A DNA stretch of 64,000 nt from Rhynchobatus australiae (GCA_034780895.1 JAUZTB010000127.1:32276956-32340955); one strand, 5' to 3'; shown: positions 13,660-26,507, counted from the first letter of the stretch. The notes: generated by a model not told the origin, from the letters alone. A program made the numbers and translations.

Positions 13660-14005
13660 CCAGCCTAGTGTTTAGGTTGTTCGCCCCTTGTCAGAGATGG
13701 ATAAAGTTAGCGCTGGAACAGGTTCTGATCAAGACTTGAAGTGGGGTAAGGTAGGAGAGAACAGAAGTGAAGGTCAGTGAGAGGACAGAGTGGAAGCGTT
13801 AGCGACAAAAGACATGACAGTCCAAGGCAAAGGGAGATGGCAATGGGACAAGTACTGGAATAAACTATCAGTCCAGTAGAGCTATAAGTGCTAACAGCAG
13901 ATTAGTAGCAATGCCTGCTGCTCAGAAAAAATGGGAACAGTGGTTATAATCTGAAACCATTGACCTCAATATTGAGTCAGAAGGCAGTAAAATTCCTAAT
14001 CATGT
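13660..14005 (-). mobile_element. Old Penelope-like element 3' remnant (GIY-YIG ORF C-terminus plus UTR)
   Basis: The minus strand at 13945-14000 reads LGILLPS-(frameshift)-LNIEVNGFRL*, matching the PLE ORF end LGTLxPxGLNxEF. Confidence 0.6.
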
Positions 14006-14499
14006 AGGTCCTTACACTCCTACATTTCTAAAGGCTTCCAGTATTGATAAAAGGTCATAAACCAGGCCAAGAGATTGGAGACCATAACAGAGATCAGAGC
14101 CTGGGGTCAAGTGTCAGAGGCAGCCAGGGTTGTAAGAAGGTGTTGGGTTGATGACCATTAGATGGGAGTTGGTGAGGTGGGTAAACTGGATGCAATACTT
14201 AAATGGAAAGGCAGTTACCTCCTGAATGTCCCCTCTCCTCACCTTTATGCATTATGTTCCCGCCAATGCACGAAGGTGAATCCGCAGGTTAAACTTAGAA
14301 TAGTGCTTTAATGCGAGGTGCACAGCTTTGTTGTAATATTTAAATGGACAACTTGTCACCTGAGAATGCTCCGGTTGTTCACACATCCTCTGTCTCTGTT
14401 AAAACCAGAATTAATAGATTGTGGTTAAGATCCAAACTTTGGATAACCCAACCAACACAAACATGCTGGATTCTAAAGGAAGATAAATCCTCCCTCTGC

Positions 14500-14560
14500 T
14501 AACTTGTTTTCTCTTTCCACAGATACTGCCTGACCTGGTGAGTATTTCCAGCATTATTGG
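14500..14560 (+). mobile_element. Penelope-like terminal repeat fragment
   Basis: ttccacagatactgcctgacctggtgagtatttccagcatt, homologous to 28503-28545. Confidence 0.65.
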
Positions 14561-14639
14561 GGGCCACAATCAATTTTCATCTTCAAATTCCAGGAACATT
14601 CATGTTTCTGAAATTCTGGACAGTTTTATTCTCTGAACT

Positions 14640-15180
14640 CATCTGGTTAGGAAATAGGTATGGACATAGAGAACAGGAAAAATCAGCAAGAAGTGAACAG
14701 TGGTTTTAGGGCCACAACTCAGATGCTGGGATAGAAAGCCATGTATCCAAGTTTGCCAATGACATAAAAATAGGCAGAACTGTAATCAGTATAAATGAAA
14801 AAATGATTATAAAAACATATTAATAGAGTAAATGAATGGGCAAAACTTTAGTAAATTGATTTCAAGTGGGAGATTATTCATTGTGGAAAAACTGACCAGA
14901 CCTGAGTCATTGGAACATAGTAAAATAGAAGCAGGAGTAGTCCTGCTCTGCCATTCAGTATGATCACGGTTGATCCTCCTTCTTGATACTACGTCTCTCT
15001 TTCTCCTCATACCACTTGATGCCCATAAGTAGAGATCCAATGAGAGCTAAGAGTTCGTGTGTGTAGATCTTTAAAAAAGCAAGGACAAGTGCAAAAGGTT
15101 AATGGAACGCTGGTCTTCAGAACCTAGAGGGTGAGAATTCAATGAGGTAGATGTAAAGCTACATATTCTGGTAGACATTC
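14640..15180 (+). mobile_element. Decayed CR1 RT fragment with a small internal opposite-strand CR1 tail
   Basis: gtatccaagtttgccaatgacataaaa resembles the SKFADDTK motif; gaatgggcaaaa resembles EWAK. Confidence 0.65.
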
Positions 15181-15489
15181 ACAGCATGGACTAATGGCCT
15201 CACTGCATATTTCACCTCTCACTTGTACACAAACGGCACAGATGTTGCTTTGGTACTCACAGCATCCAATAAGTGGGTACTAATGGTCCCCGTTTCTTGC
15301 CCCAGGTATTTTTTGAGGGGAAGGATGGTGTATTAATTTTAAAGAGGTACCCAAAACTTGCAAAATATAGAGTGAGAAAGGAATTTCCTCAATTACTTCC
15401 AAACAATATTCTAAATGTTTAAGTCTTTGGAGACAGATTTTTAAAATGTACTTTGCTATTGAATTCACTAAAGAGGCAAAGCACTGGCA

Positions 15490-15905
15490 ATTTTTATTCT
15501 AATTATTCATTTGAGGGATCTAGGCATTGCTGGCAAGCCAGCAGTTATTGCACATCCCTAATTACCCCTGTGAAGGTGGTGGTGAGCTGCCTTTTTGAAC
15601 TGCTGGTGAAGGTTCTCCTATTACGTTGTGGGATAGGGAGTTCCAGGACTTAGATCCAGCAAAGAGGAAGGGCTGGTGTTAATATTTCCAGTCAGATGGT
15701 GTGCAACTTGGAAGGGAACCTGAAGGTGGTGGTGCTCCTGTGCACCTGCTGATTTTGCCCTTCTTGGTGGCAGAAGTTGCAGCTTTAGGGGGTGTTGTTA
15801 GGGTAGTCTTGGTGAGTAAATACAGTGCATTTTGCAGATGGTACACATTGCAAAAATGGTGAACTGGTGGTGGAGTGAGTTTTAAGGTGGTGAATGGGGT
15901 TAATT
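15490..15905 (-). mobile_element. LINE 3' end (CR1/L2-superfamily)
   Basis: The minus strand encodes a decayed (V)CTI(Y/C)KMHC...LT.TT motif, followed by a 3' tail shared with 3130-3370 and 62100-62260. Confidence 0.7.
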
Positions 15906-17079
15906 CTGCTCTGACATTTTTATTAAGAAAAATGCATAAAATTTGGTTGTCATATTCCAAATTTGTAGTCTCTGTACAACAAGGGGAATACTATTAAAGA
16001 GAACAATTATTCTTTTGAGGATGATAAATCATCACCACAGTTTCTAGGCCACAGTCTTACAAAACCAGAACAGGCACATCCTCACTCAGTGAAGGAAAAC
16101 ACTTGAATCATAGTCTATGACCATTGACAAGAGCAAACCAGAAATGAATCAATGCTTTGCATTTCTCAGATCATTGAAGTATGATATTATAATCAGCTAT
16201 CGATGATCAGNNNNNNNNNNNNNNNNNNNNNNNNNNNNNNNNNNNNNNNNNNNNNNNNNNNNNNNNNNNNNNNNNNNNNNNNNNNNNNNNNNNNNNNNNN
16301 NNNNNNNNNNNNNNNNNNNNNNNNNNNNNNNNNNNNNNNNNNNNNNNNNNNNNNNNNNNNNNNNNNNNNNNNNNNNNNNNNNNNNNNNNNNNNNNNNNNN
16401 NNNNNNNNNNNNNNNNNNNNNNNNNNNNNNNNNNNNNNNNNNNNNNNNNNNNNNNNNNNNNNNNNNNNNNNNNNNNNNNNNNNNNNNNNNNNNNNNNNNN
16501 NNNNNNNNNNNNNNNNNNNNNNNNNNNNNNNNNNNNNNNNNNNNNNNNNNNNNNNNNNNNNNNNNNNNNNNNNNNNNNNNNNNNNNNNNNNNNNNNNNNN
16601 NNNNNNNNNNNNNNNNNNNNNNNNNNNNNNNNNNNNNNNNNNNNNNNNNNNNNNNNNCTTGTACAATCCAGTCTACTGCAGCACAATCATCTGACTTGAT
16701 TGAAACAACCTCCCAACAACTCCCTGGCTGAACTTCTCACCTTCCAGCAGTGGATTCTGAAAACAGTGCATCTGTTACTCTAGGGCTCTGGTGAAGCGAC
16801 TGTCTTATATTGTTCAAAGTAATCATAGGCTCCTCTTCCAAGCTACTTTCAACCAAAGACTGCAAATATTCCCATTGCTTATAAACCCAAGTCCTTGTCC
16901 AAACAATACCATGAACTTAACCTCAATGGGTCATCTCAGCATTATCTGAATTTCTGCCTCAATGATACTCTGCCTTGCCATTTTGTGGTGGCCTCTGCAG
17001 ACGCTTTTGCCCGAGTATCTCACTGCCACTATACGTCAGGCTTGGTTTTATTTGGCACTCCACAGCAAAGTAAACAGAG

Positions 17080-17440
17080 TTATAGAATGATCAGAACACA
17101 GGAGTCCACTCAGCCCATCATGTCTGTGCCAGCTCGCTACAGGAGCAAGACTTTAGTTCCATTATCTGGTCCTTCTCCATTACCCCACAAATTTTCCTTC
17201 ACCATATATTTATCCAGTTCCCTTCTGAAGGCCACAGTGGAGCCTGATTCCACTATATCTGTGGGCAGTACATTCCAGATTCCAACCACAGTTTGCGTAA
17301 AGACCACAGTTTGTTTTATACCTGTGATCTCTAGTCCTCGATCCCTCCGCCAAAGAGAACAGTCTCCCACTGTCCATTCTGTCTAGATTCCTCAACGTTC
17401 TATCAGGCTCCCCTCAACCTCCTCTTCTTTTTATGCACCC
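17080..17440 (-). mobile_element. CR1 LINE 3' end
   Basis: ORF track shows MRNLDRMDSGRLFSLAEGSRTRDHRYK and VVGIWNVLPTDIVE...AFRRELDKYM, which are CR1 ORF2 C-terminal motifs. Confidence 0.85.
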
Positions 17441-17739
17441 CCAAGTCAAGGTCCTTAAATAAAGGAAAAAAAAAATCAATGGCNNNNNNNNNNNNNNNNN
17501 NNNNNNNNNNNNNNNNNNNNNNNNNNNNNNNNNNNNNNNNNNNNNNNNNNNNNNNNNNNNNNNNNNNNNNNNNNNNNNNNNNNNNNNNNNNNNNNNNNNN
17601 NNNNNNNNNNNNNNNNNNNNNNNNNNNNNNNNNNNNNNNNNNNNNNNNNNNNNNNNNNNNNNNNNNNNNNNNNNNNNNNNNNNNNNNNNNNNNNNNNNNN
17701 NNNNNNNNNNNNNNNNNNNNATTCCACTATTCACCTTCC

Positions 17740-18050
17740 TCCAGCTATGCACCAGATACCTCGGTTGTCTGTTACTTCACCAACTCCGAAAGTTTGCTTT
17801 CAACCTGCCTGTTATGCCATATGCTTCAACTTTGCTTATAAGGCAGTTGAATTGCACCTTAACAAAAGCCTTCTTTAAGTCCATGTATACCACATTATCC
17901 TCATCAGCTCTATCTGTTACCTCATCAAAAAATTCTATCAAATTGGTTAAGCACGACTTACTCTTAACAAACCCATGGTGGCTTGCCTTAATTAATCTAT
18001 TTTCTTCCCGTTGACTATTAATCCTGTCCCAGATCAATGTTTCTAAAAGC
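17740..18050 (-). mobile_element. CR1 reverse transcriptase fragment
   Basis: HHGFVKSKSCLTNLIEFFDEVT...VVYMDLKKAFVKV...KVEAYGITG. Confidence 0.9.
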
Positions 18051-18664
18051 TTACTTGCTGGCAGACATCCAAAAAGACAACACTGCAAATCCATGCATTT
18101 TGAAAAATGCTCTTAATATTCTCTTTATGCCCTCAAAAGTTTTATTTTTCATTGATATTACCAGCTCATGCAGCAGCTACGTATCTTGGAAATGTCACCT
18201 TTCCAGTCGCCATCATGTGATTTAACCACAGCTCTTTCATTTGATCTTTTGTCAAATGCTTTTACATGCAGCCTTTACACTGCATTGGTCCAAAGTCTAG
18301 TCCACCTCCCCCTGGAAAACATGCACTTTTCTGCTTCTCCTGCCTTATGGCCCAAGCTTCACATTCTTCTTATAATGATCATACTTAGCTTCAATGGTGT
18401 CGCTGCATCATTTCTCATATCCTAATCGTCCTACTTCCTTATCTTCTTATACTTCAGTCCCAAGGTATACTTTCTCTTACCTCCTAAGGTTTTGGAACAG
18501 TGGCCATTGATTTCTTGTTCTCCACGAATACCTGTTAGAGCTGTAGCCAGTCACCATGGGGTCTGCCTGCTCCAGACCTCTTAGCCAGTTGACCTGTGGT
18601 TTGTTGGGTGGGGCCAGTGCACCTCAAAGCTTGAGCGGCTCCTGGATCTCTTCACTGCCCAAGA

Positions 18665-19910
18665 CTGTGATTCTCTCAAAGGCACAGTCCCTCTCTCAAC
18701 ACAGCTGGCAGTCATGATCACCAGTACATGGCTCTGGCTGATTAATACGATGGCCAGCTGGACACATCTGTCTCCCGTGGCAACCCAGTAATTTATCTCC
18801 CATGAAACCTGGAGAGCTCCCCCTGCATAGATGCCAACATCAGTTTACTTAACCTCAGCAGAAAGTGTTTGAGGTGTTTCTGATACACAGCCAGGCCTGT
18901 AACAGATTGCTCGCTGCATTTATCCATATGAATACTGATCTTGACATTCTTAATTGATAAGGTGGCTTATGCTGAATTGTTTTTAATCTGCTATGCAGAC
19001 GTACAGTATATTCCATTCAACACACCCTATCCAATCCGAAATAGATGGCATCTCAGTGAGACTGCATACACCTTTGCCCTCTTGCATCCAGGGGAATGAG
19101 GTCCACTGTCTTTGCTATCTTCTTCAGGGACTTGCAATGCCCCTGCAATATTCCCCTGTTCTGTGGCAGTTCCAGCACAGGGGCATTTGGACAGGCTTTC
19201 TGAGTCTGGTGGCTCCCAGAACATCACTTGGAAGTCTCCCACCTTTCTCATGCACAATCCTCACAGCCTTCACTCCTCTGGCATGCCTGTAACCTCCTGT
19301 TTCTCACCAAACCTACTTGCAGCTTCAACGTGACACAGCCATGCAGATGACAAAACCTACACTACCAATTCTGTTGCTTTGTTTCCAGCCTGCCTCACAG
19401 AATTGTCCCGAGTTAAACTATTCCACGGTCCTCGGACTCTCTCCATACTGCCGGCTATTCTGCACGCTCCCTGAACATTAGGTCCAGTGTGTCCGTTAGT
19501 GTTACCTGGATTCTCTCATTTCCCAGTCTGCAGAGTGTCCATTTGATCTAAAATGGTCTGGAAATTGCACCGGTTTGCTGGCGTATTTAGCCTATACATA
19601 TGTTCACCAGCTGTTTTCTCTGGATCCTGGCTGCATGTGACAAACTTGAAACTCTTGAAAATCTCTGAAGCCCGATATGTCCCTTTAAGGTTTTTGCTGT
19701 GCCCTCATTAGAGATGTTGTCTATAGCATACGGCATGAAACTCACCAGTGTCCCATGTGCATCCAGCCCTAGCATCAGCGACAGTATCACCTTCCTTATT
19801 TCACATATGACTGCGCTTCTCTGTTCTGAGCCCTCCCCTGGGACCTCGGTGATGTTGTTTGTTCAGAGGAACATTTCTGTTTGTTCCATGTGCAGGGCTA
19901 GTGGCTGAGA
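18665..19910 (-). mobile_element. Decayed Gypsy (Mag-like) LTR retrotransposon gag plus aspartic protease
   Basis: Manual frameshift-tolerant translation. Gag: EMFL*TNNITEVPGEGS...KTLKGH...FKFVTCSQ...RCNFQTILD...CRLGNERIQ. Zinc knuckle CWNCHRTG..IAGHCK at ~19130-19177. Protease-like ISIHMDKCSEQSV...YQKHL...SKLML...YAG...PAVL at 18665-18965. Confidence 0.75.
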
Positions 19911-20673
19911 ACTCTCAAGTTCACCAACATATGCGCCATGACTACTGTCTTCCCTCATCGCAGCCCTACTCAGAGAGTCCAGTTCTCCATTACTTAACAC
20001 ATATATTTATAACACAGAGGATACTACTCAACCATCAAATCCATGCTGGCTCCCAGGGGAGCAATCCCAGTAGTCCCATTCCCACTCTTTTCTCATTCCT
20101 TGTACATTATTCTCTTTTGCATATGCCCATCAACTCCCTTTTGATTCTTTTTGCCATTGACTTCCACTAAGGGGTGATGTACTGTAGTCAATTACCCTAC
20201 CGGTGACATAATCACTGACTTGACACAATTCAGCAAGCAGCAGCACCACAAAACTGTCAGTGATGTAGTGCCCATAGGCTCTTTCCTATTGCTGTTCAGT
20301 AAGGCAGGTAACAAAGATACAGCTACTAAACAAACATCCTTTATTTAAGGCAGTCAACACTCAACTTTCAGCAGTACCTGATGCAACAGTCTGTCAAAAG
20401 TCATATCACACAATACACATAGTTTTTAAAGTCCATTCACAGTCATATATTTATTGCAACAACGCTCCTAGATATCTCTGCTACTCTAATGCTGGTTTCT
20501 TTCTAATCCCCAATTTAATTGCTCCACCATTGCCACCACCAGCTGCTCAGAACCCTAGGGCCAAGGTTTTCCTCCTCTAACCATTCCATCTTCTCACCCC
20601 ACTGTCTTCCTTTAAAATGCACCCTTAAAACCACACACTCTTGACTATTTCCCCCTAATATCTTTTTGTATTA

Positions 20674-21060
20674 AGACAAGAGAATGCAGATACTGGAATC
20701 TGGAGCAAAAAGCGAGCTGTTCAGAGGAATTCAGTGGATCAGGCTGGATCTGTGGAGAGAAATAGACAGTCAATGTTTCGGGTCGAGATCTTTGATCTGG
20801 ACTGAAAGATAGAGGGGAGATAGCCAGAATAAAGAGTTGAGAGGGAAGGGATGGAGCAAGAGCTGGCAAGGGATAGATGGATCCAGGTGAGAAGGGGTGA
20901 CAGGCAGATGGGGGGTGGGGCGGTATAGCGGCAGAGGCTGGGAGGTGATAGGCAGGGGTAACAAAGAGCTGCAGATGATGAAATCTGCCCTCCGCATGAA
21001 ACCAAATAAGGGAGGTGGTGAGGGCAGATGGGAACAGTGGGGAGAATAGCAAATCTGTTG
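20674..21060 (-). mobile_element. Penelope-like element terminal region
   Basis: gacaagagaatgcagatactggaatctggagcaa...cagtcaatgtttcgggtcgaga...purine-rich body; homologous to 2222-2300 and 27874-28050. Confidence 0.75.
20767..20804 (-). ncRNA. Degenerate type I hammerhead ribozyme motif
   Basis: Minus strand reads CAGUC-CAGAUCA-AAGAUCUCGACCC-GAAAC-AUU-GACUG. Stem I is perfect; the core deviates from CUGAUGA and stem II is broken. Confidence 0.5.
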
Positions 21061-21499
21061 TGCATCTCGTCATCAGTATTTTTTATGATGTCCTTGTAAG
21101 GAACTTTGTTTTTTTTTACCATATTAAAGACATTATATAAATGAATGTTGTTTTTGCTGCTGTTGTTGGGAAATAAAGGCTTTGAGCACTTGGAAAGGTT
21201 GGAACCTCTTCTCCCCCTGTGGCCACTTATTGTTAAATGACCACATCCTGTGAAATTTTGGCTGCAGCATTCCTGGGTTCCTAATTATATTGTTTCAAAC
21301 CACCCATTTGCTTTGATAAACTCCCAGTGCTGGGCCCAATATAGGCTGGCAGTTTGCTGTAAATAAATAGTTAGGTTAAACCTTGGGAAATCCTACAAGC
21401 ATGAAGGTTTCCCACGTGTGTTTTTGCTGATTTAATGCCAATATTGCAAAATTCATCTTATTGTAAGGAACTCCATTAAATTTTCACCATGGGAAATGA

Positions 21500-22150
21500 G
21501 CATTCAGTCAATTTGGTCTGGAGTAGTGTTAATGCTCCATACAAGCCTTCTCTCACCTTCTTTATCTAATCCCACCTTTACCTAACCTTCTTTTAAATAC
21601 ACCTTTGCTATTTGCCTCAACAGTAGAAGTTTTGCATTTAACCGCTCTCAGTGAAGAGGTAGCTCCTTAATTTCCTTTCAGATTTTATTAGTAACTCTTA
21701 TCTTTATGGCCTCAAATATTGGGAAACATCTCTGAATCTACACAACCAATAATTTTAATGACCTCTATTCCATTGCCCCCTCAGCCTACTCTTCTTTAGT
21801 AGAAAGAGCACCAACCTATTTAGTCTCTCATGACAGTTATAATCTGACAGTTGTAATCTGACAGTTGTGACATCATTCATGTATTTATTGCATATTCACC
21901 AGTGCCTCCACATCCATTTTGAAACACAGAAGACAGACTATGCACAGTGCATAGTATATTGTTTGGATTCTAATAAGTTATTGCTTAACTTTGACCTCAG
22001 AATTCTATGTGTAAGTGGAAAACTTTGGCATTTTCATGACTTGCACTCTTTGTGGCTTCTCAAACAAGGCTGCTGTATTCAAAACCCCAAAGCAATCTTT
22101 TACTCTGGGAAAAGGATTCTTTCAGTCCAGAGTCATTCCTTCAAAGACCT
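21500..22150 (-). mobile_element. Decayed CR1 3' region
   Basis: cattt..aaccgctctcagtgaagagg and acagactatgcacagtgc resemble reverse-strand CR1 C-terminal motifs. Confidence 0.5.
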
Positions 22151-25100
22151 TTAGCGGCTGTTAGAGTGGAGGACTTGCATCACTGTGGCTGAATTTGAAG
22201 CCAATCACCATGAAAGGAAGTGTACCACAATATCCCAATCCCAGACTTCGAAATGAAGACAAGGTCTCATGATTGATTCTGTCTGTGGCCAAAAGCTTAC
22301 ATTTGTCTTAAATGTGGTAAGTTGTGTTTGTTTACAGTCTCAGCAGAAATATTTTTATATAAAATTGTTGTATGCTAGAAGAAGTCTACATAAAAGTCCT
22401 CTTGGGGCTGTTTAACGATGATCTTGAAACAGTTTTATGATTTAAATACCATATTTGGTCAAACTAATTCAACAACTCTGATAAAAGTGACCTCACTATT
22501 GAATTTTTCTGACTTAGAAATCCCCAAATGCACGAATGAACAAGCTCCCCCAACTAATATTGTATATGAAGATATCAAATACTGCAACCTAATGGATTCC
22601 CTCTCTCATCATTGTTGAGCACATGATGATGTGCATTAAAATACATTGCCACATCATTTGCCATGATTCAAATCTTTCTTGCCTTTCTCACACCTCAACT
22701 TTGCTTGCCAAACAAATGAGACAATACTTATTCCACATCACAGCCGGATATTTGGCAGGACTGATTTTTTTTTGTGCACAAGGTGCCTTTCTCACTTTTA
22801 GTATGATTCAACCCTTCTGCATGCTAATGTCATGTAAACTCAGCCCCACTTGTCTTTCCATTGAGGCTGATGAGGGCAGTCAGGCAGACGGTCTTCCTCT
22901 TAAAATTCCAGCTTCTTTAATAAAGTAGTTTATCTCCTGGAGTTTATGGCAAGTATATTGTTGCAAGTGAGGTGTGTAGGGATCATTTCATATCTTTTCT
23001 AGGCATGTTCAGTTTTAAGGAAGAAGTCAGGATTCAATTCTTAGTGATATAGAAGAGGATAATCATCACTTCTTGTAATATAAGAAGGGGATGTGGCTTT
23101 ATTCCCAGATGGCAGCTGGTAATGCAATCACTACTTTGGCTGGGTGAATACCAAACCATATGGATTCCAAAGCTAACTCCTGAGAAGAACTGCACACTTA
23201 ACCTTCGACATTGTCCTTGAAAACATGCAGAGGCTGGTTGGCAGGTTTGCTTCACCACTTGGTTACTCCAAGACCACTATGAAAGAACCTGTTAAAGGTG
23301 AATCTGAGAGCAACATGCAAAATGTACAAACATCATTTGCAATAGTCAAACCAACAGCTGTTAGTAAAAATATTTTATGAGTTCACAGTTATAGTAAGTC
23401 CAACAGACAGTAACTTAACTACATGAAGTAATAATTCAACTTCTTTATGGGCTTGTTTCCACAGTAACGTCAGTCTGCTAGAAATCTGCGGTGATCTTCA
23501 AACATCAGAAACAGCCAATAGCTCATATTTCATTGCAAGTCACAAATCACTCTGGACCTATCAGTATTTCATTAATGCCATCAGTTTGCTTAAGATGCCC
23601 CAGCTCCACATTCTGACAAACAGGAAAAGGGATCTGCCTCATTTTCAGCACAAAACATCATGACAAGATAGTGCCACAACTAACTTCAACTGCTTCATGT
23701 AAACAAATGTAGAACTGTTGCCAAACCAGTTTCTTTTTAAACAAAGTCTGCTCTGTTTTAATAAATCACAGCTATGCCAATATATGATAAATATTTCTGA
23801 CAAATGAGAAAAAGAATCCTACTGTCTTTCCATTTACTGGCAATAACTCTCGTCCTTATTTGCTGTGGTTGTTTTAAACCAGATTATACACTGATTATTG
23901 TCTGCAGTCATGTTCTGCATCACTGTTGCTGTGGCACATCTAACTTTTCAGAAGCACATGGTGAGTGTAAACTAAAGTGATAACAGAAAATCACTCACAT
24001 ATAATAAAGTTTCTCCAGGTTAAAAACAGCTGAGATACTGTGCACTGCTTTAACCAGTTGAAAACTGAAATTATTTCTTTTTGCTGAAGGAAGCTTTTCA
24101 GAAGGATACTTTAGCAGAGAGAAAATACAGATAAAGAGGTTGTATAACTACTTTGTATTCCATTGGTCAGGAGGAACCCATCTGGAAATTTGTATTTTGT
24201 CTGATCATTTACTTAAGGGAAAAATGCTATTACCCATGAGAACACAGGGCTGAGTAACTAGGATGAGCTATGTGGAAAAGTTTAATTTGTGTTGGTTTCC
24301 TTTGCTTAAATGGAGAATTAAAGGGAACTTTCAAGATGGATGGACTGATTTTAATTTGAAGCAGGAATAAGTAGTACAGGGTGGGGATTAGGCATCCTTC
24401 CACACCCCTAACACAGAGGGCAAGTTTCAGGAGATATTAATAATCATGACTTGTTTACTTCAAATCCAGAATGTCAATACTTAAAAAAAAAAGTTGATTC
24501 AAAACTGCTGTGAGGGTGGGTGGGTGTGGAGAGTGCCAGGGGAGGTGCAGAAGGAACATGCCTGCACCCACTGGCAAAGAGAAATGGAACATTCTTGTGT
24601 GAATAAACTGTTAGCATTGGAAGTGGATTCTTACTAATACAAGATGCACAGGGCCCATAGTAAAAAAGGCACACATGGCTTGATCATTCCATGGGGACCA
24701 ACACCACCATTTAAATTAGGTCTCTGCTTCTCCATGATGACAGACTTTACGTGTCTTACTTTAGGAAGTGAAAATGATTGGTGTGGAGTCATCACTTGAG
24801 CAGGCTGCAGAAGGTAGGTCAGTTAAAAATCACTTGTAAAATGGACCACTCTTCAAAATAGATCACACAGCAATATTTCTAAATACAAGGCAAAAGTGGT
24901 GAAGTAAGCAGATAACTTTGGGTGTCAATGAGATAGCTAATTCCCCACTAAATTTTGCAAGACATTGTATGAGAGCTTAGACTTGAAAATCATCTCCAAT
25001 TGCTTGTAGAATGAGCATCACAAGGGTAGGGTGTAATGACTGGATTGAAACAATACCTGTTTTTTTTTTGCTAAAAAGACATGATTTTTTTTTTTAAAAA

Positions 25101-25939
25101 GCTTAATAACCCAGTGATTTTATTTACAATTTACCAAAGCAACCATCCTTATGTCTGTTGCACTGTTTTAGTTCCAATGTAGTTCAATTTGTTGCAAATA
25201 ATGAGCCACTTTCCGTTGACAATTGATGCCTGACAAACTTTAGTCAGTAGAAGGAACGGTTAGATTTTACCATTCAAAGCTGGATCTAAATCCAAACTCC
25301 AGAGATAAAACAACAGCTACTGACTTGTTTGTCACACACCGGATTGCCGTTATTTCTATCTGTTTCATTGTAAATTTTTTTTTTCCGGGCTATACTGATT
25401 GTACATGTAGTAAATGAACTTTAGACTTTGTTTAAATCATAAGTGGCAAGATAAAAACAATGGAGAGCTGTGATGAATTGGTGGTCAAAGTTAAAATATA
25501 TTAAAGTTCAAATTTTACAGGCAGTACTAGAAGTTATTTTTGGCTCCTCAAACTCTTCATCCATATCCACAGTGACTCAGGTGGCCATTAAGAGGCCCAA
25601 ATTATGGCATAGGTCCTGGGACACTTGGCAGGCAATCCTGCTACTAAACCTGACCAACTTTCTAGCCCATGAAGGCAGTTCCCTCATTTCAATTGTATTG
25701 TCCCTCAAGAAGTTCAGCTGGAATGGCTGAAACCAGAATGTAGCTGGGATCTCCACCTCACAGAACTTCTCAGAAAGGACATAATTTCATTACAATTACT
25801 GGCACCTTCTAAATTAAAGGGTCCCTGTTTCCATGATAGTGAAAATAGTTATGCCTTCTTTTATCAGGCATGTTTGCACCAAAGGTGAGGTCATGGGAAT
25901 CCTTTACAGAGAGTAAATTGGCTCTTATTTTGGAATCTA

Positions 25940-26197
25940 TTGCATTAGAGTCACCCCGCATGGACACAGGCCCCTTGACCCCTGAGTCTGCACCAAGCAC
26001 CAGATATCCAATTATACCAACCACTTACCTATACCAGCAGCAATTTACAGTGGCTAATTAATGTACCAACCTGCATGCTTTTGGAATGTGGGAAGAAATC
26101 CACAAAGTTACAGTGAGTGTGTACAAATTCTATACGGATGGCACCAGAGGTCAGGATTCTTCAGTGGAGCTGAGGCAGTAGTTCTACTAACTGTACA
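25940..26197 (-). mobile_element. V-SINE
   Basis: gcaatttacagtggctaattaa...ttttggaatgtgggaagaaa...caccagaggtcaggatt. Confidence 0.75.
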
Positions 26198-26288
26198 AAT
26201 GGATTGTTAACTGTGCACTTTGCTCCTTCTTCCTATCCCCTCAGACTTTGTCTGGGGGAGCTGGACATTGTGCCTCTGCAAGACCATC

Positions 26289-26507
26289 TAGAGAAGGACT
26301 AGGATTGTTGTATCAAGACCAGGACCTAGTTTCCAAGCTTTTGTGTTCGAGCTGCAGCCATGGGATGCCAAAAGAACAAGGATGTCCAGCTTTAATATGT
26401 AGAGAAAGACTAAGATTGTTGCATCAAGATCAGGATCTACTTTCCAAGCTTTTCTGCTTGAGTTGCAACTATGGGTTGCCAAAAGAACAAGGATGTCCAG
26501 CTTTAAT
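26289..26507. repeat. Tandem duplication, two copies of a 111-bp unit
   Basis: Units start at 26289 and 26400, with 13 substitutions and no indels over ~108 aligned bp. Confidence 0.95.

Larger units (their letters stand above)
20460..21170 (+). mobile_element. L2 LINE 3' end, interrupted by a Penelope-like insertion
   Basis: gctccaccattg...tcttcctttaaaatgcacccttaaaacc before 20670. The tail attaaagacattatataaatgaatgttgtt resumes after 21060. Confidence 0.65.

Noticed and set aside
16193-17841. Long ORFs in the ORF track here and at 2.0, 27.9-28.5, 30.3, 56.5, 61.1 and 63.6 kb
   Set aside because: They are open only because they run through N gaps.
20645-21122. Three overlapping minus-strand ORFs of 75-142 aa
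   Set aside because: They lie in the pyrimidine-rich non-coding end of a Penelope-like element, which is depleted of stop codons by composition.
21831-21871. 14-bp tandem repeat (ctgacagttgtaat), about 2.5 copies
   Set aside because: Local slippage within a decayed CR1.
24340-24835. Possible MITE with weak inverted ends (ctgattttaa ... ttaaaaatcac)
   Set aside because: The inverted match is too short and no TSD is visible.
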